Shown: positions 17,944-27,063 of the stretch, one piece after another
How positions within the stretch are numbered: the first letter of the stretch is position 1
Layout: the number at the start of each line of letters is the position of its first letter
Sequence record: SRR31156797_9120
Strand: one strand, 5' to 3'
DNA length: 34,936 nt
The notes under the pieces: model-generated
Databases searched by the model: none
What the model was told of the DNA's origin: nothing
Seen by the model: the letters and a program-made list of their open reading frames with translations, nothing else
Made by a program: the position numbers and the translations under genes

Positions 17944-18840
17944 TTATTTGTTTTTTGAATATTCCAGAATCTGAGTTGCTTTATCAAAATTATACTTAGA
18001 AATACTTCTATAATAGGTAGGAGCTTCCTGCACAAAGAAATATAAACCTCCCCAATCATGCTTAACTCGGTAAAACACTTTTTGATATCCTCCATTTTTC
18101 ATTACAACCCTTGTAATGACTTTACCTTTCAATTCAAAAACCTCAATCGATTTACCTTCCGGATAAGTTTTCTCTATGGGTGGCAATCCAAAAGGATCCT
18201 TTTTAACAGCTATTTTATTTATCTGATTAGGCATGGTTGTTTTTGCAATAACCTCTTTTGTGTTTTTTGCAACTTCCACACCTTTTTGGTAATCAAGTGC
18301 CGCAGCCTTTTGTTTTTTTGAGACAACTTCTTTGGGTGGTCTGGGTTTGGTTGAGCCTTCTTTTATCCATTGGGCATAATCCTTTTTTAAAGCATCTATT
18401 TTATTTTTTATAACTAATTGATAATCCATATCAAAATCAAAGTCATAAGCATGATTCGAAAAATGAATTTTTGCTACTGGATTTCTAAAAAAAACAGTAT
18501 CAGCATTTGGGAAAAGCGGAAAAAGCTCTACTAATAATTGGTAAGGATACAAATGATCTTTAGGAAAGGATTCTGGAATATGCGTGTTAAAATCTATCTT
18601 TTTACTAATGTACCCCCTTTTTGAAAAGCAAAGTTGATATTCTTCATTCCAATCCAGAATAGTATTAAAATCACCATTTATATCAACAGGTACTTTTATT
18701 TTTTTATCCTGATGAATGACAAGCAAATTTATTTGAGAAGATTTTCCATCACGAATAAACACAGTACCACTAATAGGATATTGAGCAGTAAGCACAGCAC
18801 ATCCTGCAAATAATAATATAAGTACCGATAAAATCTTCAT
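17944..18840 (-). CDS. Secreted hypothetical protein with carboxypeptidase-regulatory-like beta-sandwich N-terminus
   Basis: Signal peptide, ISGTVF...NGDF...YQLCFSKRGYISK pattern, a Lys/Pro linker and a distinct C-terminal domain (VITRVV...YRVKHDWGGLYFF). Confidence 0.65.
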   Translation of the reverse strand: MKILSVLILLFAGCAVLTAQYPISGTVFIRDGKSSQINLLVIHQDKKIKVPVDINGDFNTILDWNEEYQLCFSKRGYISKKIDFNTHIPESFPKDHLYPYQLLVELFPLFPNADTVFFRNPVAKIHFSNHAYDFDFDMDYQLVIKNKIDALKKDYAQWIKEGSTKPRPPKEVVSKKQKAAALDYQKGVEVAKNTKEVIAKTTMPNQINKIAVKKDPFGLPPIEKTYPEGKSIEVFELKGKVITRVVMKNGGYQKVFYRVKHDWGGLYFFVQEAPTYYRSISKYNFDKATQILEYSKNK

Positions 18841-18885
18841 CCCCGAGGAGGTAATTAGTTATAATCCTGGGTCTAAATTAATTAT

Positions 18886-20007
18886 TTAAGCATGAAAAAC
18901 CAACAAAGGTGTTGTAGAATGAAATAACATTTTTTTTGCAACAGAAGGGTTCAATAATCTTGATATTAAATTACGCTTAAAAGTGGTAAAAGATAACAAC
19001 TGGATTTGATCCATTTGTACAAAGCTTTCTACACCAACCCAAAAATCTTCATTTTCAATCAATTTACATTGAACCTTATCTTTTAAATCGCTTTTATTTA
19101 TATGATCGACTAACCCTTTCATTTTAACTTCATCAGTTTCTTTATCTTTCGTATTTGTAATATGGGCGCAAGTAATATCTACATCTAATGTATTAACCAT
19201 AGACGAAAGTTTTTCTAAGGCAAGATAATCAGGCTCGCCAAAAACAGATAAAAAGCCTATTTTTTTTAATTCTTCTATATTTTTATAGTTAAAATTCTCA
19301 GGAATAGCCAATACCGGAACTTTCGCAGTCTCAATTATTTCTGCCGTCACACTACCTATTAAATCAACCGTTTTTTTGTCTGCCCCTCTTGTGCCCATTA
19401 CTATTAACGATGGTTTATATTGATTACTAAATGAGATAATTTCATGTTCGGCAATTCCTCTTCTGGTTTCGGTAACAATTTTAATATTAGACCTGTTTTC
19501 TGATACAATCTTCTTCGTAATTTTTTGCTTTATAACTTCTAATTTATTTTCACTTTCTTCCTTTAATTCAAAGCTGATTTCATCAGAATTAATATCATAC
19601 ACAAAGGAATCACTAAAAGGTAATCCTGCGTTAATTGGAGAATAATAGGCATGAAATAGCACCAACTCTCCTCTACATGTTGCTAACCAGTCATAGGCAA
19701 CGTCGATGGCCTTTTGAGAGTATTCAGAAAAATCTATAGGAACTAAAATTTTCAACTCTTCCCCGGTTTCTTCGTAATGATGGGATTTTTCGAAATCACT
19801 TTCTCTTATAGCATCAAACAGAACCATGGCTTTTTCAAAATCAACTTCCTGAATATTTATTTTAACGCCAGTGGATATTGCACCTTGAATCAGATTAATA
19901 TTCTCCAAAAAGCACTCTACATCTTCAGCCTCTAAAATAGATTTTACTAACTGTGCTTTTTCAAAAGTAAGTGTAGCTAATGTTACTATATTATCTTTCA
20001 TAACCAA
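18886..20007 (-). CDS. Universal stress protein (tandem USP) with N-terminal DUF2007-like domain
   Basis: AQLVKSILEAEDVECFL (DUF2007-like), ILVPIDFSEYS, intact ATP motif G-2x-G-9x-GS (GTRGADKKTVDLIGS), PVLAIP, and a second USP domain ending PLLVFH. Confidence 0.88.
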   Translation of the reverse strand: MVMKDNIVTLATLTFEKAQLVKSILEAEDVECFLENINLIQGAISTGVKINIQEVDFEKAMVLFDAIRESDFEKSHHYEETGEELKILVPIDFSEYSQKAIDVAYDWLATCRGELVLFHAYYSPINAGLPFSDSFVYDINSDEISFELKEESENKLEVIKQKITKKIVSENRSNIKIVTETRRGIAEHEIISFSNQYKPSLIVMGTRGADKKTVDLIGSVTAEIIETAKVPVLAIPENFNYKNIEELKKIGFLSVFGEPDYLALEKLSSMVNTLDVDITCAHITNTKDKETDEVKMKGLVDHINKSDLKDKVQCKLIENEDFWVGVESFVQMDQIQLLSFTTFKRNLISRLLNPSVAKKMLFHSTTPLLVFHA

Positions 20008-20098
20008 TTTGTTTTATAAGAATGAAACCGAAAATCTGCATTCTTAATTTAACAAATATGTTTGAAATAATCCAGCATTAGTTTACAAAATATTGTGC

Positions 20099-21244
20099 TT
20101 ATTTCTGAGGTCTTTTAAAGCTTGACCAAAAAGTAGAATTTACAGCTACATTGTTGAAGTATTGTCTGTTTAATATTGTCTCATCAAAATCTAAAACATC
20201 CATTACTTTAAGATAAACATCCCATTGCTTACTATTATACGACTGTTTATATTGAATATAATCCAATACGTATTTATTATTATTAACGGTATAAAATGTT
20301 TCTATTGAATAAGTGAGAACCCCTTGAAATGGAGCTGGATTAGCAAAATTATTTCCATGCCTGAATAAACCATTTCTTTCGCATACAATTATACTTTTAA
20401 TAACAGCATGGGTGTTTTTCGAAATCCAAACACTTCCTTTATAGCTTTTTAATTCAGGATCTCCTCCATTTTGAATATTCGGTTTTTGGCAAATAAAATT
20501 GATTTTCCACACCAATTCGTTATTTAACATTTCTTCTCCTTCTACATCAATATCGAATTCATTAATAGATTCTACAGACAGCACATTTCCAGGAGTTCGT
20601 ACAATATCGAAGAGTAGAAGTTGATCAAAAAGGGTTAACCCATCTTTAATTAAACCTGAAGAATTGGCAGAGTTATTTTGAGTTATTTTATAATTCCGGC
20701 TTTGAAACGCCTCTGTAAAAGACCTTTCTCCATAACCCTTTTTGTCGGCAAGGAGAAAAGTACATTCGCTATTTGTTTTTTGATCTCCATCTTGCATTTC
20801 GCTATGCAAATAACAATTATAAGTATATGGATTAGATCTGTAATTTTCTTCAATTAAATGATTAGCAGTACGTATAATCCCATATCCTATTTTTGATTCA
20901 GCAGCCACACTAACTTCAGACAGACCATATTTCATTGGAATTAACTGTACTATACCGTTTTCAACCTCTAGTAGTTTACTAATGATAAAATCCTTAGGTT
21001 TATATCCAACTGCAGATATCGTTATCTTCCTGTCCTTTAATGATTCAGATATACGTAATTCGAATTCTCCATTGATATCAGAAGCAGTCCCTAAATAGGT
21101 GTTTTCTACTCCAAGATTGGCAAACTCAATTGCTTCACCTGTTTCTGCATTAATTACTGATCCGGAAATAGTAATATTTTGAGCATGAATCGTTAATCCG
21201 ATAATAAAAAGAGAGAATATGAATAAAAGTTTAATACGTATCAT
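20099..21244 (-). CDS. Carboxypeptidase-like regulatory domain (CarbopepD_reg_2) secreted/outer-membrane-associated protein
   Basis: Signal peptide from ATG 21244 (MIRIKLL...AQ) and ISGSVINAETGEAIEFANL...GTASDINGEFEL...ISAVGY...LSEVSV. Confidence 0.8.
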   Translation of the reverse strand: MIRIKLLFIFSLFIIGLTIHAQNITISGSVINAETGEAIEFANLGVENTYLGTASDINGEFELRISESLKDRKITISAVGYKPKDFIISKLLEVENGIVQLIPMKYGLSEVSVAAESKIGYGIIRTANHLIEENYRSNPYTYNCYLHSEMQDGDQKTNSECTFLLADKKGYGERSFTEAFQSRNYKITQNNSANSSGLIKDGLTLFDQLLLFDIVRTPGNVLSVESINEFDIDVEGEEMLNNELVWKINFICQKPNIQNGGDPELKSYKGSVWISKNTHAVIKSIIVCERNGLFRHGNNFANPAPFQGVLTYSIETFYTVNNNKYVLDYIQYKQSYNSKQWDVYLKVMDVLDFDETILNRQYFNNVAVNSTFWSSFKRPQK

Positions 21245-21388
21245 GAAATCTATATTTATTGAGCATAAAAGTAAGATTAATAAATGCAAACACCAATATG
21301 TGAGTAATAATTGAAAGTTCACTTATAAATTAATATTTGAAAAAAACTTTGTTACTTTTGATGGCTGATATAGATAAATACTTCTCGT

Positions 21389-22105
21389 ATGAAAACTTCA
21401 TCTGTAATTATATTATTAGCCATTTCTTTAAGCAGTTGCGTTGTATCTAAAAAGAAATACGAAGCCTGTTTACTAGAGAAAGATGCTTTAAATCAAGAAT
21501 TAAAAGAAGCATTAAAGACTAACGATCAATTAGAATCAAACTTAAAAAGCAATATCTCGGAGTTTGAAAAAATGAAGAATGAACTTCATTTGAGTAATGC
21601 TGTGAAGTCTGATGAAATGAGTGATTTACTGATTAAAGTGACTCAACTTAAAGATGAAAACAATAACTTATCGGATAAACTTGCAGAAACGCTAAAATTA
21701 TATAAAACGCAAAAGCAAACCTCGGCAAGTACAACCCAGGATTTAAAGGAACTAAGAACAGCTAATATTAAACTTAAACGTGATACAGCCAGCGTTAAGT
21801 ATGCTTTAAAATTGGCTAATGAAAGATATGCCAAATTAGAAAGCGAACTAAAAGCGCAGAAATTAAAGCTGAATGATTTAAGACTTCAAAATAAAAGTTT
21901 AAGTGACGAAGCGGAAACGCAAAAGCAAATGCGTGCTTCGTTTGAACAACAATTGGTGTCAAATAAAGAAAAACTGGAAGTAATTTCTACAGAATTAATT
22001 GAATTACGAAAAGAAATGCTTTCTGCCAAATCGGCAAAAAAAGTTATTGATCCAAATAAAAACAAACACATTGATAAAATGGCTAAAACCTTAGGCCATT
22101 ATTAA
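21389..22105 (+). CDS. Coiled-coil lipoprotein (MotB/OmpA-like N-terminus, no OmpA domain)
   Basis: Lipobox LSSC at Cys17 followed by VVSKKKY and about 190 aa of heptad coiled coil. Confidence 0.75.
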   Translation: MKTSSVIILLAISLSSCVVSKKKYEACLLEKDALNQELKEALKTNDQLESNLKSNISEFEKMKNELHLSNAVKSDEMSDLLIKVTQLKDENNNLSDKLAETLKLYKTQKQTSASTTQDLKELRTANIKLKRDTASVKYALKLANERYAKLESELKAQKLKLNDLRLQNKSLSDEAETQKQMRASFEQQLVSNKEKLEVISTELIELRKEMLSAKSAKKVIDPNKNKHIDKMAKTLGHY

Positions 22106-22130
22106 TTCTATCTATTTTTTCTGAAGATTT

Positions 22131-23315
22131 GTGAGAACGGGTGTAGAGGGCAATATTGCCAAACTGTATGTTATTAAAATAGCTAAATGGTTCATGTTAA
22201 CCATGCCTATTTTAATGCTTTTTTATAAAGATATGGGCTTTACCGAGCAGGAATCTTTCCAGCTTAAAGCCTTTTATTCCATAGCCATTGTTATTTTTGA
22301 AATACCATCCGGGTATTTGGCTGATGTTATAGGAAGACGCAAAACACTCATTGCCGGTTCGATTTTAGGTACTTTAGGTTTTCTTATTTATGCACTTACT
22401 TCTGGTTATCATTGGTTTTTAGTTGCAGAAATCACGTTAGGATTTGGACAAAGTTTTATATCTGGAGCTGATTCTGCCATTATGTATGATTCTTTAAAAG
22501 CTACCAATCGCGAAAATGAATACATTAAATATGAAGGTAGAAATTTTACAGTTGGTAATTATTCAGAGGCTTTAGCAGGTATAGCAGGAGGTGCTTTAGC
22601 TGCCATAAATATTCGTTTACCTTTCATTTTTCAAACAGGAATCGCTTTTTTAGCCATCCCTGCTTCTATAATGCTTATCGAACCCATTCAAAGTGGATTT
22701 AGAAAGAAACCAGGAATAAAAGATATTTTAAATATAGTATGGTATGCAACCGTAAAAAATGCTCAGTTAAGATATAATTTGCTGTACTCAAGCATTTTGG
22801 GAACGGCTACTTTAACCATGGCCTGGATTTATCAGTTATACCTTCACTCCATTGGGTTTACTGAATATTGGATTGGAACAACACATACTATCTTAAATTT
22901 AATAGTTGGAACAACTACCTTATTTGCCTATAAGATTGAAGCTCGTTTAAAGCCCCAAATGACTATTTGGTTTACCTCAATTATTATCACAGGCAGTTTC
23001 GTTATTTCTGGCTTTATTGAATCTGCTTGGATTTTGGTGGTATTGGCAGTATTCTATTTTAGCAGAGGAATTGCCACGCCAGTATTAAAAGATTATATCA
23101 ATCGAATTACTTCAGGAGATATAAGAGCTACTGTTTTATCAATCAGGAGTCTTATAATTAGAGCTTTTTTTGCAGTAATAGCCCCATTAGTAGGATATTT
23201 ATCCGATCATTATAATCGGGCATTTTCATTAAAGATAACAGGATTACTTTTTACTGCTCTTGTTGGGTCCTCTATATTCTTATTTCTAAAATCGTTGAAT
23301 AAGCAAAATCACTGA
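22131..23315 (+). CDS. MFS transporter
   Basis: EIPSGYLADVIGRRKTL (motif A), SGADSAIMYDSL, RATVLS and about 12 TM segments. GTG start. Confidence 0.92.
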   Translation: MRTGVEGNIAKLYVIKIAKWFMLTMPILMLFYKDMGFTEQESFQLKAFYSIAIVIFEIPSGYLADVIGRRKTLIAGSILGTLGFLIYALTSGYHWFLVAEITLGFGQSFISGADSAIMYDSLKATNRENEYIKYEGRNFTVGNYSEALAGIAGGALAAINIRLPFIFQTGIAFLAIPASIMLIEPIQSGFRKKPGIKDILNIVWYATVKNAQLRYNLLYSSILGTATLTMAWIYQLYLHSIGFTEYWIGTTHTILNLIVGTTTLFAYKIEARLKPQMTIWFTSIIITGSFVISGFIESAWILVVLAVFYFSRGIATPVLKDYINRITSGDIRATVLSIRSLIIRAFFAVIAPLVGYLSDHYNRAFSLKITGLLFTALVGSSIFLFLKSLNKQNH

Positions 23316-23328
23316 TAAATCTTTTCTT

Positions 23329-24090
23329 TTATAGCTTAACTCTTAAGCCATCATAAGCTAATTGGATACCCATAGGTAGTTTCTGATTTTCAACACGGTG
23401 CAAACCTAGTTGATGAGAAATATGTGTAATAAAACTTTTCTTGGGCTTTATTGTTTGTATTAATTCAATTGCCTGAGATAAAGTAAAATGAGATATATGT
23501 TCTTCTTTTCGAAGTCCGTTTACCACCAACACCTTACTTCCAATCACCTTTTTCAATTCACTTTCAGATATATAGTTGAAATCAGTCAGGTAAGTAAAAT
23601 CATTAATTCTAAATCCCAGTACAGGAAGTTTATAATGAAGCCCACGAATAGGAATTATTTGAACACCATCCAATGCGAATGGTTTTTCATCAATTTCATT
23701 TAAAGAAATAACGGGCACTCCCGGATAAGGATCTTTTTCAAAGGCATAAAAAAACTCCTGTCTGATAGCTTTTAATACTCTTTCTTCTGCAAATACTTCG
23801 GCAGGTTTTTTATGCAGGTAGTTAAACGCTCTCACGTCATCTAAGCCGGCAATATGATCTTTATGCTCATGAGTAAAGAGAATCCCATTTAGCTTATTCA
23901 CCTTTTCCCGAAGCATTTGTTGCCTGAAATCAGGTCCGGAATCAATGACAATGCTCCAATTATCTAGCTCAATTAAAACTGAAGATCTTAATCTTTTATC
24001 ATGCGAATCTTCTGATTGACATACATTACACTGGCATCCAATAACAGGAATGCCTTGCGAAGTTCCGGTTCCTAAAAATGTAACTTTCAA
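23329..24090 (-). CDS. PhnP-like MBL-fold metallo-hydrolase
   Basis: FLGTGTSQGIPVIGCQCNVC, RLRSS, IDSGPDFRQQ, THEHKDHIAGLDD, THISH, AYDG. TTG start. Confidence 0.9.
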   Translation of the reverse strand: MKVTFLGTGTSQGIPVIGCQCNVCQSEDSHDKRLRSSVLIELDNWSIVIDSGPDFRQQMLREKVNKLNGILFTHEHKDHIAGLDDVRAFNYLHKKPAEVFAEERVLKAIRQEFFYAFEKDPYPGVPVISLNEIDEKPFALDGVQIIPIRGLHYKLPVLGFRINDFTYLTDFNYISESELKKVIGSKVLVVNGLRKEEHISHFTLSQAIELIQTIKPKKSFITHISHQLGLHRVENQKLPMGIQLAYDGLRVKL

Positions 24091-24136
24091 ATTAGATAAA
24101 TTTAGAATTTACTTTACGTGTAATGCTTTATTTAGC

Positions 24137-26938
24137 CTAAGCTTCAATATAAGGTTTTAGATATTTACCTGTATATGATTTTTCTTCTTTAATTAATTCT
24201 TCCGGAGTCCCTTCAAAAACAAGATGACCACCTTCTTCTCCTCCTTCCGGTCCTAAATCGATTATCCAGTCTGCAGATTTAATTACTTCCATATTGTGCT
24301 CAATAATCACCAAAGAATGTCCTTTACTAATTAAAGCTTCAAATGCTTTTAAAAGCTTTTTAATGTCGTTAAAATGCAAACCAGTTGTTGGTTCATCGAA
24401 GATAAAAAGAGTCCCTTCTGCTTTCTCCTTAGCTAAAAAAGAGGCTAACTTAACCCGCTGACTTTCACCACCCGAAAGCGTACTAGATGACTGCCCCATT
24501 TTAACATATCCCAACCCTACATCAGCTAAAGGTTTAAGTTTATTGATGATGCGCTTTTCTGTATTGCCACTCCCCTCTTCAAAAAACTCAATAGCTTGTT
24601 CTATCGTCATTTCCAAAATATCATGGATATTCTTGTTACGGTAGCGTACATCGAGAATATCATTTTTAAAACGCTTACCATGACAACTTTCACAGGTAAG
24701 AATAATATCCGCCATAAACTGCATTTCCACCTTTATAGTACCTTCTCCCTGACACTCTTCACAGCGTCCACCATCGATATTAAATGAAAAATGAGAAGCT
24801 TTATAGCCATTTATTTTGGAAGCCTGCTGATCTGCCATGAGTTTACGAATCTCATCATAAGCTTTTAAATAGGTAGCTGGATTTGATCGTGAAGATTTTC
24901 CGATAGGGTTTTGATCTACAAATTCTATTTCTTTAATAGAATCCATCTGCCCTTGCATTAGATCAAAAGCACCAGTTTTATCTGCGTACCCACCTAATCT
25001 TTTTTGGATGGCAGGATATAAAATGGTTCTTACGAACGAAGATTTACCGGAACCACTTACGCCGGTAATTACATTCATAATATTCAAAGGTACTTTTACA
25101 TCAATGTTTTTAAGATTATTTTCTCGAGCTCCTTTAATTTCAATGTAGTTATTCCAGCTTCTGCGAGACGAAGGAATTTCTATTTGCTTGGTTCCAAACA
25201 AATATTGGTAAGTCAAACTATCTTTAGCTTTTGCTTTTTTATCCAGCTTCCCTTTAAATACAATTTCCCCACCTAATCTTCCTGCGCCGGGACCTATATC
25301 TACAATTTCATCTGCAGCACGCATAATGTCTTCATCATGCTCTACAACAATGACCGTATTACCCATTTTTTGCAACTGTTGCAATACTTTAATTAGCAAC
25401 ATCGTATCACGCGAATGCAATCCAATACTTGGCTCATCCAAAATATACATAGATCCAACCAAAGTACTACCCAGAGAGGTTGCTAAGTTAATTCGCTGAC
25501 TCTCACCTCCTGACAAAGTTGATGATAAACGATTTAAAGTCAGATATCCTAAACCTACATCAAATAAAAATCTGAGTCTGGTATTGATTTCTATTAATAT
25601 TCTTTTTGAAACCTTAATATCATGTTCGGATAATTTAATCTCCTTAAAAAAAGGTACTAATTCTGAAATAGGCATCAGCACCAACTCTGAAAGTGATTTC
25701 TCTCCTACCTTCACGTATGATGCTTCTTTTTTTAGTCTTGTTCCGTTGCACTCAGGGCATTTGGTTTTTCCCCTGTAACGGGACAACATTACCCTAAACT
25801 GTATTTTATATTGCTGCTCTTCCACATGCTTAAAAAAGGTATCAATACCATGAAAATATAGATTTCCTTTCCACAATAGGAGTCTTTCAGCATCGCTCAA
25901 TTCAAAGTATGGTTTATGCACCGGAAAGTCAAAATGATGCGCTGCAGAAATAAGCATTTTTTTATACTGTCCCATTTTCTCTCCTTTCCAACATGCAACT
26001 GCATCTTCAAAAACAGAAAGAGATTTATTGGGAATCACCAGGTCTTCATCGATTCCAATTACACTTCCAAAACCTTCACATTTTTTACATGCACCTACCG
26101 GATTGTTGAAAGTGAACATATGCTCATTGGGTTCTTCAAATTCAATTCCGTCCAACTCAAATCGGTTAGAAAAATGATGTATTTGACCCTTATCTTTGTC
26201 CATAATTCGAACCATACACTCACCTTTTCCCTCAAAAAAAGCGGTCTGTATAGAATCTGCTAAACGAGACTGATTATCTTCGTCTTTCGCAGCAGTAGCG
26301 CGGTCTATTATTAAATTGATAGACTTACAGGAATTCAACAACTTAGAATCTTCAAGGACTTGTTCTATTTTGAACATTTGACCATCCACTTCAATCCGTA
26401 CGAATCCCTGCTTCATTAAGATGTCCAAATGCTCTTCGCAGCTTCTTCCATCTGGAATATGGATTTCAGAAAGTATTAGCAAGCGCGTTTTTTCATCATA
26501 CTCCAAAATATGATTCACCACATCGGAAACATAGTGTCGTTTCACTTCATTTCCTGATATTGGAGATATCGTTTTTCCAATTCTTGCAAAAAGTAATTTC
26601 AAATAATCATATACCTCTGTCGAAGTTCCAACTGTTGATCTAGGATTACGTGTATTTACTTTCTGCTCGATGGCAATTGCCGGAGGAATACCTTTTATAA
26701 AGTCCACTTCCGGTTTATCGATTCTCCCCAAAAACTGACGAGCATATGAACTTAAGCTTTCTACATAACGTCGTTGTCCCTCGGCATATAAAGTATCAAA
26801 GGCCAAAGAAGATTTTCCAGAACCACTGACACCTGTAATTACAATAAATTTATTACGAGGTAAATCCAGATCGATACCTTTTAAATTATGCACACGTGCA
26901 CCTTTAATACTTATATATTTTGAAGCTAAACCAGACAT
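24137..26938 (-). CDS. uvrA: Excinuclease ABC subunit UvrA
   Basis: GARVHNLK, two GVSGSGKSS Walker A motifs, two LSGGESQR signatures and CxxC zinc-finger pairs. Confidence 0.96.
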   Translation of the reverse strand: MSGLASKYISIKGARVHNLKGIDLDLPRNKFIVITGVSGSGKSSLAFDTLYAEGQRRYVESLSSYARQFLGRIDKPEVDFIKGIPPAIAIEQKVNTRNPRSTVGTSTEVYDYLKLLFARIGKTISPISGNEVKRHYVSDVVNHILEYDEKTRLLILSEIHIPDGRSCEEHLDILMKQGFVRIEVDGQMFKIEQVLEDSKLLNSCKSINLIIDRATAAKDEDNQSRLADSIQTAFFEGKGECMVRIMDKDKGQIHHFSNRFELDGIEFEEPNEHMFTFNNPVGACKKCEGFGSVIGIDEDLVIPNKSLSVFEDAVACWKGEKMGQYKKMLISAAHHFDFPVHKPYFELSDAERLLLWKGNLYFHGIDTFFKHVEEQQYKIQFRVMLSRYRGKTKCPECNGTRLKKEASYVKVGEKSLSELVLMPISELVPFFKEIKLSEHDIKVSKRILIEINTRLRFLFDVGLGYLTLNRLSSTLSGGESQRINLATSLGSTLVGSMYILDEPSIGLHSRDTMLLIKVLQQLQKMGNTVIVVEHDEDIMRAADEIVDIGPGAGRLGGEIVFKGKLDKKAKAKDSLTYQYLFGTKQIEIPSSRRSWNNYIEIKGARENNLKNIDVKVPLNIMNVITGVSGSGKSSFVRTILYPAIQKRLGGYADKTGAFDLMQGQMDSIKEIEFVDQNPIGKSSRSNPATYLKAYDEIRKLMADQQASKINGYKASHFSFNIDGGRCEECQGEGTIKVEMQFMADIILTCESCHGKRFKNDILDVRYRNKNIHDILEMTIEQAIEFFEEGSGNTEKRIINKLKPLADVGLGYVKMGQSSSTLSGGESQRVKLASFLAKEKAEGTLFIFDEPTTGLHFNDIKKLLKAFEALISKGHSLVIIEHNMEVIKSADWIIDLGPEGGEEGGHLVFEGTPEELIKEEKSYTGKYLKPYIEA

Positions 26939-26983
26939 ATCTAAAATTTATAGAAGCACAAAGATATAATTACATGAACCAAC

Positions 26984-27019
26984 AAAAAAGCCTGCATTAA
27001 GTTTTTAATGCAAGCTTTT
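26984..27019 (-). terminator. Terminator after the DUF2339 gene
   Basis: AAAAGCCTGCATTAA-gttt-TTAATGCAAGCTTTT inverted repeat (the one mismatch is a G-U pair on the minus strand), running into U6. Confidence 0.8.
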
Positions 27020-27063
27020 GTTACTGTATTGTTTACCGCAATCGTAAAAAATCTTACAATAAC

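Noticed and set aside
17898-18095. 65-aa ORF upstream of thrA as the leader peptide
   Set aside because: It overlaps the 298-aa gene out of frame, is not Thr-rich and lies upstream of the thr promoter. The real leader is 17770-17838.
20099-21322. Longer track starts for the 407-aa ORF (also clpC 9207, lnb 1820, S46 peptidase 32589)
   Set aside because: Downstream ATGs give proper signal peptides or family-typical N-termini, and the lnb extension overlaps its promoter box.
21389-22105. Flagellar MotB or SMC protein
   Set aside because: No OmpA-like domain, no motA neighbour and no ATPase motifs; only a lipobox and a coiled coil.
23329-24090. C-P lyase (phosphonate) pathway
   Set aside because: A stand-alone PhnP-like hydrolase with no other phn genes; such proteins are widespread housekeeping enzymes.
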